Part shown: positions 38,579-47,597 of the stretch, piece by piece
Layout: every line of letters starts with the position of its first letter
Position numbering within the stretch: the first letter of the stretch is position 1
IMG/VR virus record: IMGVR_UViG_3300048839_000188
Location: 5,990 to 69,989 of that record
Direction: 5' to 3' (one strand)
DNA: 64,000 bases
Source: a virus
The notes under the pieces: generated by a model
What the model was told of the DNA's origin: nothing
Seen by the model: the letters and a program-made list of their open reading frames with translations, nothing else
The model's database searches: none
Program-made: the position numbers and the translations under genes

Positions 38579-39022
38579 TTAGAGAAATCTCTGTTTCTTA
38601 CCCGTTATGCGCAGTGAGTAGCATTTACCACCCATCCCATCGTGGGAGCAACTAATGGCATCATTCGCATATTCAACTAACGAATCTGTTTTATGATGGA
38701 TGCTACGCGCAGTATCTCCAACACACGCACAACGATTGACTCCACAGATGCGCAGTTTAGAGGGCCACTTCTTGGGCCACACTTTCTTACGCAGCGCACC
38801 GAATCCGTCATCTGTGAACTTTTCGATCCACTTGACATTCTTATAGTTCTTCAAGCTGAGGTGGATTTCCCTGTAAGTGGGATCGCTATTGGTGTATTCA
38901 ACCACAACAATCTGCGCCTTGCGACGTTTGGCCAGACGGATTTGCTTGAGGACACCCTTTAGTGCTTTGGATGCTGCGCTGAACTCATACTGCATGTCGA
39001 TGATGACTAATGGTGTGGACAT
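38579..39022 (-). CDS. isochorismatase-family cysteine hydrolase
   Basis: LVIIDMQ, K..DDG and GVNRCACV. Confidence 0.75.
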   Translation of the reverse strand: MSTPLVIIDMQYEFSAASKALKGVLKQIRLAKRRKAQIVVVEYTNSDPTYREIHLSLKNYKNVKWIEKFTDDGFGALRKKVWPKKWPSKLRICGVNRCACVGDTARSIHHKTDSLVEYANDAISCSHDGMGGKCYSLRITGKKQRFL

Positions 39023-39447
39023 TAAATTTCCTCCTCATCATCGGGTGGGTCTTCCAACAAACTCACCATCTCATGAAAACCTTTAATACCCCAGCACGAT
39101 GTTGACTCTGGTATACCAAACCACACTTGATTCAACACATTCATGATTACATCAACATGACCTGAATCAATGGCAGCGGACAATTTCTGTAATGGATCAT
39201 CGTCCTGTGCTTTAATCTGCCGCCTAACTTGTTCGCAAGCAAATTCAGCATCCGGTGCAGTAATGTTCAATGCTAGTTCCTCATCCATCAAAGCCTGAGT
39301 TACTGGCCTCTGTATAGGATGATAATTATATGTGATGCCAAGTAGTATTTCTTTGCTGTCTCGGGCCTTTTGCAGCCATTCATCCTGTGTCATGCTATCA
39401 ATCCCCCTTCTTGGATGTTGAACAATCGCGGTTGTGTCCCAGTCCAC
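39022..39447 (-). CDS. hypothetical protein
   Basis: Fits the operon. Confidence 0.55.
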   Translation of the reverse strand: MDWDTTAIVQHPRRGIDSMTQDEWLQKARDSKEILLGITYNYHPIQRPVTQALMDEELALNITAPDAEFACEQVRRQIKAQDDDPLQKLSAAIDSGHVDVIMNVLNQVWFGIPESTSCWGIKGFHEMVSLLEDPPDDEEEI

Positions 39448-40003
39448 TTTATCAGGCTGTGGACATCAGTCACAGGCTTACCGGATTCGATGAGTTGTGC
39501 GCCCCAAATTGCAGCTTGGCACTCAGCAGGCTCGCATTGAAGTTCATCAGCCAAACGGCGAATATGGAGGGCGATAGTTGAATACGTCTGTATGGAAGAG
39601 GGATTGCTTTTCAGCCCCCATGCGCGTGCAATCCACCTATCGATTGTGATGCATTCCAATTGCTGGTGAAGATTGCAGTAGAAATTCTTCACCTTGAATC
39701 CCGCTGATGGGTCAATTTCACCGTGCTCTTTCCAGTGATTGAGAGCATTGGTCACTGTTTTCATGTATCCCACAAATGGCTGTTGGGATTTGTATTGTTC
39801 CAATGCTTTTGTGGCTAGAGAAGCATTCGCAGCAACTGTGGCATTTGGAGATGTGAGAGCAAAGAATGTCAACCACTCATCAGCATCCTTGTCGAATCTC
39901 TTGATGGCCGCATTCCGAGTGTGCGAATACCACTTGCGATGTTCCCACCCCTTGAGTGCTAACTGTCGCAGCTTATCCTGTTTGTCATGCTTGATTAGTG
40001 TCA
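39390..40003 (-). CDS. HhH-GPD glycosylase-like phage protein
   Basis: WY, ALTSP, KVKNFY.NL, ITIDRW and QAAIW motifs. Start probably MTLIK after GGAG. Confidence 0.6.
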
Positions 40004-40191
40004 TGCTTTTTGTTACTCCTCCTCCATATATCGCCATTGGGTTTACGAATCTCCAAGACATTCTGCGACATAAACCACGAGCCGCCACCATAAGGCATCT
40101 TCTCGCCATCAACCCGCGTCAAAGTCCGTGCCTTCAACTTCGCATAAACGATTATCGTCTAACAAAACCCAATCGCCTACTTCAATCGGTA

Positions 40192-40572
40192 TCATTTGTC
40201 ATTCCTCCACTGAGAGCGCTCGATTGTCTGGAGCGCTCTCCATGCTGAACCACAGTGCGTTGCGTAGTGAAATGGAATCCGATCATTATGTAGAGCATCA
40301 ACCAAATGCAACTTCATAGTCTCAGCATCCGGCATCTCTTCTTGTGGTGTAAAGAAAGCTCCTATCTGATTCCTATTAGGATGGATGAAACCAAACGCAG
40401 CAGTCCTAATTGGTGCAGTCAGTCTCATCTTCAAATCATGCTTATCGGGGACATTATTGTGGTCACACCCACGAAGCCCCGTCAGGATGTTCCACAAATG
40501 ACGGGAATCTGCAGTGTCAGCGCGCAGAACATCCTCGATTGCGCCCAGAATCTCATTTATTCTTGTGCTCAT
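40192..40572 (-). CDS. hypothetical protein
   Basis: AGGAG RBS. Confidence 0.6.
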   Translation of the reverse strand: MSTRINEILGAIEDVLRADTADSRHLWNILTGLRGCDHNNVPDKHDLKMRLTAPIRTAAFGFIHPNRNQIGAFFTPQEEMPDAETMKLHLVDALHNDRIPFHYATHCGSAWRALQTIERSQWRNDK

Positions 40573-40826
40573 CTTTTAATCTCCTATGAGGTTATCGACG
40601 ATTCTGTTGAGTCATCCTCTGCCACAATGCTTCTGCGATGACCTTATCTGAGAAACCCTGCTCTCGCCATTGCGCAATTAGTTGCTCAATTGTCATTAGC
40701 GCCACCATTGCTCTCTCCTGTCCATCTTCCACTCTCTTTTCACACTCAATGGTTTCTGGTTGATCTCATTGAGTATGCGTATATCCTGATGCGTGATCCT
40801 GCCAATGAGGAGGAGTATGAATGACA

Positions 40827-41078
40827 TCATGCTTTCGTAATCTTGGGTTCGCAGATGATTTCTGCGATTGTGAAAAGTGGACGGCCTGTGCCGAATTCAC
40901 CAGACCTCAATGCATACATGGCGAGAGTTTCCAGATCCATATATCGGGTCTCACTCAATATCAAAAAGCGAGGCTCATTTTCGAATGTGCCAACAATTGT
41001 TCCTGCTGGCAGATCTTTATTGTCCCAATACATTTTCTGCGGTGGCTGCGGCTTGGGTTGTCTGACTGTGATTTTCAT
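40827..41078 (-). CDS. hypothetical protein
   Basis: AGGAG RBS. Confidence 0.55.
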   Translation of the reverse strand: MKITVRQPKPQPPQKMYWDNKDLPAGTIVGTFENEPRFLILSETRYMDLETLAMYALRSGEFGTGRPLFTIAEIICEPKITKA

Positions 41079-41298
41079 TTCTTAATTCTCCTTCTTGAAC
41101 GTGATAACAAACTCCGTGTTGCCATCAATCAGTGCTTCGACCAAATCCTTGGCGTCCTTTGTTGTCTTGAGGTTCACGAACGATCACTAATGGCAGTCAT
41201 CAGCCAATCAGAACGCACGAATGGCAAACGTGCATCCCAATAACAGATACGCCAATTACGTGCTCTTGCCGTGTTGTGGAGTGTGAGCCAATCCACAA

Positions 41299-41529
41299 TC
41301 ATGGCAGTTCGTTGCGACTCTTCACACATCCGACAACCTTGCCGTCAGCGTCGATGATCGAATAGCCCTTGAAGACTCCATTGCCCTGGACAATGGGCCT
41401 CGCAGTCATGCCCGTGGAGATGTGCTTGTAAATCGCATATCCCCTTGGCAGTGTCAGACGGTGGAAAATCCAACCGTCTGTTTTGTGGTCGACGTGGATG
41501 TTCTGGAATGCGTATGCGAGTGTCTTCAT
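41299..41529 (-). CDS. hypothetical early protein
   Basis: GGAGG RBS. Confidence 0.55.
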   Translation of the reverse strand: MKTLAYAFQNIHVDHKTDGWIFHRLTLPRGYAIYKHISTGMTARPIVQGNGVFKGYSIIDADGKVVGCVKSRNELP

Positions 41530-41592
41530 GATGGGCTCCCTCCAATTAACTGCGTCTGTGGGCGTGTGGTGGCAGGATTGTGGCTACAGAGC

Positions 41593-41619
41593 AAAAAAGG
41601 GGAATGCGTCTCCCTTTTA
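41593..41619 (-). terminator. intrinsic terminator
   Basis: GGGGA/UCCCC hairpin followed by U6. Confidence 0.6.
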
Positions 41620-41883
41620 TCATTCTGTGCTTGCTAGGTGTGTGTAGTAGTATCTTTCGAATGCCTTGTCGCCTATTTCGATGCGCGACTCTGACGTTGA
41701 ACGATACTTGAATGATGTTCTGCGATTGCGGGCAGAGTTCTTGTAGTCCTGAGATTGTGTCACCGCGAGAGATGGACCCTCGCAATTGTTATCTCGTGTT
41801 GGCACCACTGGAGGGCCGAGTGGTTTCTTGTTGGCTTCCGCGATGATCGCATCGCACCATGCGCGGAATTCGTCGTTTTTCAC
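41620..41883 (-). CDS. hypothetical early protein
   Basis: GTGA overlap with the upstream gene and GGAG RBS. Confidence 0.55.
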   Translation of the reverse strand: MKNDEFRAWCDAIIAEANKKPLGPPVVPTRDNNCEGPSLAVTQSQDYKNSARNRRTSFKYRSTSESRIEIGDKAFERYYYTHLASTE

Positions 41884-42086
41884 AAGAACTCCACCTTGTT
41901 AGCGCACAATTGCCAGCACTCGTAACCACGGTAGATGAAACGCCCTCCCTTGTGGGGCTGCGTGATCAAGCGCAGACACCCATATGAGGGTGAGTAGTGG
42001 ACGTGCATCGGGCCTTCGACAGTCACATAGTTTGTGATCCCATCGAGAGTGATACGGATTTCGCGTTGCTTTTTCATCGTTGCCAC
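41880..42086 (-). CDS. hypothetical early protein
   Basis: GGAGG RBS. Confidence 0.55.
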   Translation of the reverse strand: MATMKKQREIRITLDGITNYVTVEGPMHVHYSPSYGCLRLITQPHKGGRFIYRGYECWQLCANKVEFL

Positions 42087-42313
42087 ACCTCCACAATGCC
42101 GATCCAGTCCTTCTGTGCGAATCGAAACGCGCAGGTCTGCATCTGACGTCTGCCGTTACTGGCTACTGCGATCATAGCCAGTGCTTGCGTGTGTGAGTCT
42201 GTCGCGCCTTGGAGATAACGATTTCTCCCCATATGCGCAGACTGTCTCTTCCACGAAGCACGCATCTTGTCTTCGATGCGTGGAAGTCCGAAGTTGATTC
42301 CGTAAGCGTTCAT
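42074..42313 (-). CDS. hypothetical early protein
   Basis: GAGG RBS. Confidence 0.55.
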   Translation of the reverse strand: MNAYGINFGLPRIEDKMRASWKRQSAHMGRNRYLQGATDSHTQALAMIAVASNGRRQMQTCAFRFAQKDWIGIVEVWQR

Positions 42314-42385
42314 CGTCTACCTCTTCAGATAGTTATCTACGTGGTGTGTGGCGTGGGGCAGGATTTTGGCTAGAGCAGAAAGGCA

Positions 42386-42421
42386 AAAAAAAAATGGATG
42401 GGAACCGAAGTTCCCATCCAT
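42386..42421 (-). terminator. strong intrinsic terminator with cUUCGg loop
   Basis: AUGGAUGGGAAC-UUCG-GUUCCCAUCCAU followed by a long U tract. Confidence 0.85.
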
Positions 42422-42445
42422 CACCGGAGCCGAAGCCGAGATGTG

Positions 42446-42901
42446 CTACTTGGGGCCCTTGACGCCCCAAGCCTTGCGGGCCTCGGCCGCGGCCTTGGCC
42501 GCACGCGCCTTTGCCTGAAGTGCGCTCACCTTCGCCATGGCCGTGGCGCGCTTCTGCCGTGCGGCCAGTGTCTCCGCTCCGAGTTCAGCGGCGCGTTCCG
42601 GAGTCGCGAAGCCACGAACGCCAAACGAGTGCAGGATGGGCGGGTTGGCCGCGTGGCCGTGTTCGATACCCTGCAAGATGTCGTCAAACGTGAGCTTGAT
42701 GCCAGCGGCCGCAGCTTCCGCCATGACCAGCGCGAGCAGTGCTCCCGGCTGAGCGTCACCCGTGTCCTTGTCCAGCCGGATGAAGTAACGGCCGAAGCAC
42801 TGACCCGCGACAGGCTTTCCGGTCTTGTTGTCGGTCACGCGAAGCTCCGAAGCGTAGTGTGCGAGACGGCGAGCAATCGTGTTCAGTCGGTTCGTATCCA
42901 T
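42446..42901 (-). CDS. GC-rich early protein with Ala/Lys-rich basic tail
   Basis: Start MDTNRL. AKARAAKAAAEARK tail. Visibly GC-rich codon usage. Confidence 0.65.
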   Translation of the reverse strand: MDTNRLNTIARRLAHYASELRVTDNKTGKPVAGQCFGRYFIRLDKDTGDAQPGALLALVMAEAAAAGIKLTFDDILQGIEHGHAANPPILHSFGVRGFATPERAAELGAETLAARQKRATAMAKVSALQAKARAAKAAAEARKAWGVKGPK

Positions 42902-42905
42902 TGTC

Positions 42906-43382
42906 CTATGCCTTTCGTTTGTTGACCCTGATAGCCGCCTGTTGTGCGTTGTGGTCCTCGACCAGCGGCCGGATGTCGAGAAACCTGTCAACAGTCTTGG
43001 CGCGCTTGGCCTTGACTGTCGAAAGCTGTGTCAGTTCGTCATCAATGCGAGTCTCCCGCGTGATAACGCCTTGGATGCGTATCTGTCTGTCGTCCATGCT
43101 GACCCGTGCGGTCTGCAATTTGATGTCTGCCGCGCTGGATGACGGTCCGTTGATGTCACGTCCAGCCGCGCTGTGATGCGCCACGTCTGCCCATTGACTA
43201 ACGGAGCCGCCTATGCGACCAATCTGCTTGATGCCGCGACTGATTGCTTGGCGTGGTGACGAAGCCCAAACTCCCGCGCTGTGGCCGTCCTGTGTGACGA
43301 CGTATCGCCACTGTTCACCCTGCGTTGGATGAATGCGGGACTGGCGAGTCTTGACTAACTTAACGGTGTTAACCATTTTCAT
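42906..43382 (-). CDS. hypothetical early protein
   Basis: First ORF of the leftward operon. Confidence 0.55.
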   Translation of the reverse strand: MKMVNTVKLVKTRQSRIHPTQGEQWRYVVTQDGHSAGVWASSPRQAISRGIKQIGRIGGSVSQWADVAHHSAAGRDINGPSSSAADIKLQTARVSMDDRQIRIQGVITRETRIDDELTQLSTVKAKRAKTVDRFLDIRPLVEDHNAQQAAIRVNKRKA

Positions 43383-43964
43383 TCTCTATCGAAGGTGCCT
43401 CCGGCCGGTGTCCATGTTAGTGGCCTAGTCAATATACCCCAAGTGGGTGTGAATAGTATCCGCCCGACCCATACAATAAACTCATAGGTTGCGCCAACTA
43501 CCATAATCGACGATGCTTAGTCAAATATAAAATGCTTATGCTATCCATAACCCAAGTGGGATGATCAATGCGCATACAATCACCTCCACTCATGCGATAT
43601 CGACATATGCGGATATGTGGATGTCTCTAACCTATTGACTCGTAAGGACTTATCATCCATGACCATTGTGCATGATATCCATCTCCGTATGACATCCTTC
43701 TCCCCCCACCCCTCCCCGGCTACTGCGAAGCACCTGAGAGAAAATTTCCAGACCCCCTAGCTTGAGGGCTATATCAATATTTGTCAACACACAACGCACA
43801 CCATATACCACAACATTTAGTGATAGTAGTTAATGCAAAATAAGCAACTAGTGGAGGTGAACGGTGGGGGATAAATGTTGGTGGGGCGGCCAAAGAACGG
43901 CCGCCCCAATCAATCCATTATTTACTATCGACGATAATAACCCCCATCATCAAGCTGTGGTGGG

Positions 43965-44320
43965 TATGTCAGGCCAAACTGTGTCAACTCACAGTAGTAT
44001 AGCTGACACAACAATGGAGGTTGCCAATTAAGCACTTTATTTTCAACACTTTATCTGTGTCATCCTAGCTTGACACACCTCAATGACTAATAACTAATTC
44101 CAGTAAGTGACGACAGGGGGAGGGCTTTCTAAGCCTCCCCTGTGTCACGTCTGTTATATAAGGGTGCCCTGACATACCCCCATAGAGGGCAGTTAAGTGC
44201 CCTAGAATCAACACTTTAGTTGTGTCACAACCATCTTGACATAGTGGGGCACTTTTTTGTGTCCATTTCCCATAAGTAGTTGATTCCATTGAACTTAAAG
44301 GTGTGTCACGATGTGTGTCA
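43965..44320. repeat. array of 11 TGACAYA heptamers with IHF-like sites (candidate origin or packaging region)
   Basis: Copies at 43965, 43980, 44004, 44056, 44071, 44141, 44170, 44221, 44237, 44302 and 44314. AATCAACACTTTA at 44206. Confidence 0.75.
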
Positions 44321-44424
44321 CTCTCAAATATTGTAGGAATCGCAGAAAAAATGACCAATATTTGCACATCACGGAATCTCTCACGTAGTCTTCAAAATAG
44401 CTTTTTAGTAGCTCCATTAATGTG

Positions 44425-44452
44425 TTGACATTTTATAAGGAAATGTTATACT
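44425..44452 (+). promoter_or_regulatory. sigma70-type promoter for the packaging/structural operon
   Basis: TTGACA-16 nt-TATACT with an extended TG. Confidence 0.75.
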
Positions 44453-44670
44453 ATTTATACAAACACAACATCAGCGACAATAATTATTGATTATTGCTGA
44501 TTGTCATGGATCTAAAAGGGCCACCGTGCGGCGCGTCTTCCTCCTTGGCGTTTTCAGTCGCACGGAGTCGGCCCCTTCAACAACGAAGATTCCCACATCC
44601 ACTATCCACATCAACTATCCACGTAGCTTTCTTAAAAGGAGGATGCACATTTTAGTGTGCACAACCAACA

Positions 44671-45291
44671 GTGCCAATTCATGACCCAGAAATTCGTGCT
44701 CTGAGAGCCAAACAGATGTTGCAGATGAAAGTTGCTGCGAACATGACAAACAAGGAAATTGCACAAGAGATGAATGTGCATCCTGAGACTGTCAAGAGAA
44801 CATTGAGTTGGGCCAAAAAAGCCAAAATCACAGTCGAGTATGAAGATGCTGTTTTGGTGGATGTTGTGCCGATGGCCATCAAGGCATTGAAGAGTGCCCT
44901 GGAGGATGGTGATGGCGAATTGGCGATGAAGGTGTTGGACAAGACAATCTGGGCTCAACAACAACAACAAAAGCAGACTGGAAAAACAGAAAATGCGCAT
45001 CCTGATAGTTTGCATGATTTAGCAGCATACATCAATCAACTGCGTGAAAATGCTGGCGAGGAGGATGAGACGATTGATGGACACATCACAGCAGAACGCA
45101 ACACAGAACGAAGTATTGATAGGGGAGAAATCGTTGGGCTCATTGAAGGTGGAAGCAGCACAAACGACAGAGGGTATGAGTCGCCAGCAGAGGAGGGCAT
45201 TCTACAGGCAAGTTTTGATGGTGGAGATGAATCCACAATTGGACAGAAAAGCGCGTCGTCAAGCGACAAGGAAGATGGCCAAAGTAGTTGA
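44671..45291 (+). CDS. putative terminase small subunit (HTH)
   Basis: TNKEIAQEMNVHPETVKRTL HTH and acidic tail, upstream of the large terminase. Confidence 0.65.
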   Translation: MPIHDPEIRALRAKQMLQMKVAANMTNKEIAQEMNVHPETVKRTLSWAKKAKITVEYEDAVLVDVVPMAIKALKSALEDGDGELAMKVLDKTIWAQQQQQKQTGKTENAHPDSLHDLAAYINQLRENAGEEDETIDGHITAERNTERSIDRGEIVGLIEGGSSTNDRGYESPAEEGILQASFDGGDESTIGQKSASSSDKEDGQSS

Positions 45292-45318
45292 TGACGATTT
45301 GCGCATGTATAGGGGGAA

Positions 45319-45540
45319 TTGAAAATGTGGAGTCCATATCAGGATTTATTGGACGCTTTCAACGAGAGTCGATGGCAACCATCAACGCAGACATCTGAGA
45401 AGGGTGGCGAGTGGACTGTGGTGATGGAGGATTCCAACAACCATAGGATTGAGGCCAAGGATGAGTTGTTATCCGCTGCGCACACTAAGGTAGTTGAGAA
45501 AGTGCGAGAGGCCATCAACAAGGGCGAGTTTAGGCCCTAA
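45319..45540 (+). CDS. hypothetical protein
   Basis: Lies between the terminase genes. Confidence 0.55.
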   Translation: MKMWSPYQDLLDAFNESRWQPSTQTSEKGGEWTVVMEDSNNHRIEAKDELLSAAHTKVVEKVREAINKGEFRP

Positions 45541-45588
45541 CCCCCACGTCGATAACTCACGTCGATAACCCACGTAGTTTTCCTAAAT

Positions 45589-47235
45589 ATGAATGATATT
45601 TTCAAAAAGCGCACACCACTATCAGTAGTTGTGGGCGATGACAAATTAATGGGCAAACTGTGGAAACAATTGAGTGTTCCACAGCAGACGATTATTAAGG
45701 CATTGTATGGGCTCCCGTTGAACAGTGTGGATGAACAAAAAGCATGGGCTGTCCTCAACGATAATTGCAAGATTGATTCATTGGGATTTGTGGAAGAATG
45801 GTGGGCTTATCCATATGAGCCCAAGGAATACCAGGAACTAGTAGCACTCATTGGCCGTAGGAGTGGCAAGAGTTACATTACCTGTTTCATTGCGCTTTAT
45901 GAGATCATCTTCGGTGGCCATGCGGCTCATGTGAAAGATGGACAGGAATTTGTCATCCCCTACATTGCACAGGATTTGTCGACTGCTCGTGTCAATATGC
46001 GCACGATTGCACTTCTAGCAAAAGAAGTGCCATTTCTCGCAGCTACTCTAGTGGATGAGAAGCCGAATTTTTTGAAATTCGCCAACAATCTCACGGTGCA
46101 GATTGAGCCGCCACGGATTAAAACAGGCCGTGGTTGGGCAATGCCGATTATCATCATGGACGAGGTTGGATTCTGGGCCACATCAGACGAAGCTGCTGAC
46201 CCTGATTATGAAGTCCAACGCGCAGTGTCACCGAGCACATTTCAGTTCCCGCACAGAAAGATGCTCATTATCAGTTCACCATATACAGAAGTGGGATTAT
46301 TGTGGGAATATTATAAAGCTGGAACTGATGGGCGCAAACTGGCAAAGGATGACCTATCGAAGCCACAATACAAAGACTCATTAGTGCTGAGATCTTCGAC
46401 GGCTGCGATGGAAAACCCGACTATGAAGGGTTTCATGAGAAGCCAGATGGAGAAAGAACAAGCTAGGGACCCTGAAGGTTTTGTTCGGGAATATCTGGCA
46501 AGGTTTGTTAAAACAGTATCATCATTCATCTTGGGTAGTGATGTTGATAAGTGCACCCAAAAAGAGCACAAGGAACTAAGTCCGCAAGAAGTGCTCAGTG
46601 AGGGTTGGATTCCATCATTTGTCGCAACAATGGACCCTGCTTTCAAACAAGATGAATTCGCGTTCACAATCATGCACAATGATCATAAAGGCCAGATTGT
46701 TCAAGATGTGCTGAAAACGTGGACTCCGAATAAGAAGTTGGGCTTGGAAATCAATCCCGAAACTGTTATGGCTGAGATTGCCAGAGAGTGTAAAAGGTGG
46801 GATATTTCAATCATTTACAGCGACCAATATCAGTTGGAGGCACTCCAACAAATTGCTCTCAGACATGGACTTGTGGTTATCAAATATGACTTCACAGCAC
46901 GCTCAAAGGCGAGAATGTATGGGTCACTGAACACACTGTTGCGCACAGGGACGATCAAGTTGTTGAATCATCACAAAATCTATCAACAATTGACTCGATT
47001 GACGATGAAGAGGAGCGCGCAGAATACGATTCAAATCAGCGCACCAGAGGGTGAACATGATGATGTGGCGACTGTGGTAGCGATGGCCGCGGATTTGGCA
47101 ATCCAGTTCAGACCTTCACAGCAGAAGGAGTTGAAAAAGGAACCCACATTGTGGGAACAAGGTTTAGCGCAGATTGAGGCGAAGAAAATCGGTGCTAGGA
47201 GTGATTTTGAAGACCATTATGTGGCTTGGGTCTAA
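45589..47235 (+). CDS. terL: terminase large subunit
   Basis: GRRSGKS Walker A, IIMDE Walker B, ISSP, REYLARF, MDPA..QD and HDD. Confidence 0.92.
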   Translation: MNDIFKKRTPLSVVVGDDKLMGKLWKQLSVPQQTIIKALYGLPLNSVDEQKAWAVLNDNCKIDSLGFVEEWWAYPYEPKEYQELVALIGRRSGKSYITCFIALYEIIFGGHAAHVKDGQEFVIPYIAQDLSTARVNMRTIALLAKEVPFLAATLVDEKPNFLKFANNLTVQIEPPRIKTGRGWAMPIIIMDEVGFWATSDEAADPDYEVQRAVSPSTFQFPHRKMLIISSPYTEVGLLWEYYKAGTDGRKLAKDDLSKPQYKDSLVLRSSTAAMENPTMKGFMRSQMEKEQARDPEGFVREYLARFVKTVSSFILGSDVDKCTQKEHKELSPQEVLSEGWIPSFVATMDPAFKQDEFAFTIMHNDHKGQIVQDVLKTWTPNKKLGLEINPETVMAEIARECKRWDISIIYSDQYQLEALQQIALRHGLVVIKYDFTARSKARMYGSLNTLLRTGTIKLLNHHKIYQQLTRLTMKRSAQNTIQISAPEGEHDDVATVVAMAADLAIQFRPSQQKELKKEPTLWEQGLAQIEAKKIGARSDFEDHYVAWV

Positions 47236-47279
47236 CTAACGCAGCCCCTCCACGCAGCCCCCACAAAGGAGACTATTGA

Positions 47280-47597
47280 GTGCGAACTAAGAAGATGAGC
47301 GTCACCGAGCAGAACCAGCTATTAATCGATACTCTGGTGAAGCAACAAAATGCCTCGATGAAATTGATGGAGAAATTATTGGAACATGTGACTATTACAG
47401 CAAGCGCACAGAGGGAATGGTTGCAATTGTTCAAACCCCAACAACAATCTACTCCGGGTGCAGCGTCTTTTGATGCGCGTGAGGAATTGGAACATCCATT
47501 GGCAAAAAAAGCCGATGAGTGGACTGAATTGGATGCGCACAAGATGCTCAATGAATTGGGATTGATGAGCACAGCAGATGAAGATGGGATTATGTGA
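47280..47597 (+). CDS. hypothetical protein
   Basis: Lies between terL and the portal, with a GGAG RBS. Confidence 0.6.
   Translation: MRTKKMSVTEQNQLLIDTLVKQQNASMKLMEKLLEHVTITASAQREWLQLFKPQQQSTPGAASFDAREELEHPLAKKADEWTELDAHKMLNELGLMSTADEDGIM

Noticed and set aside
42398-43176. Plus-strand ORFs in the GC-rich early region and other antisense ORFs in the track
   Set aside because: They are shadows of real genes on the opposite strand, with no RBS or recognisable motifs.
43965-44320. CRISPR array
   Set aside because: The repeats are 7 nt, in mixed orientation and irregularly spaced. There is no cas operon, and the Cas4-like gene is an ordinary phage exonuclease.
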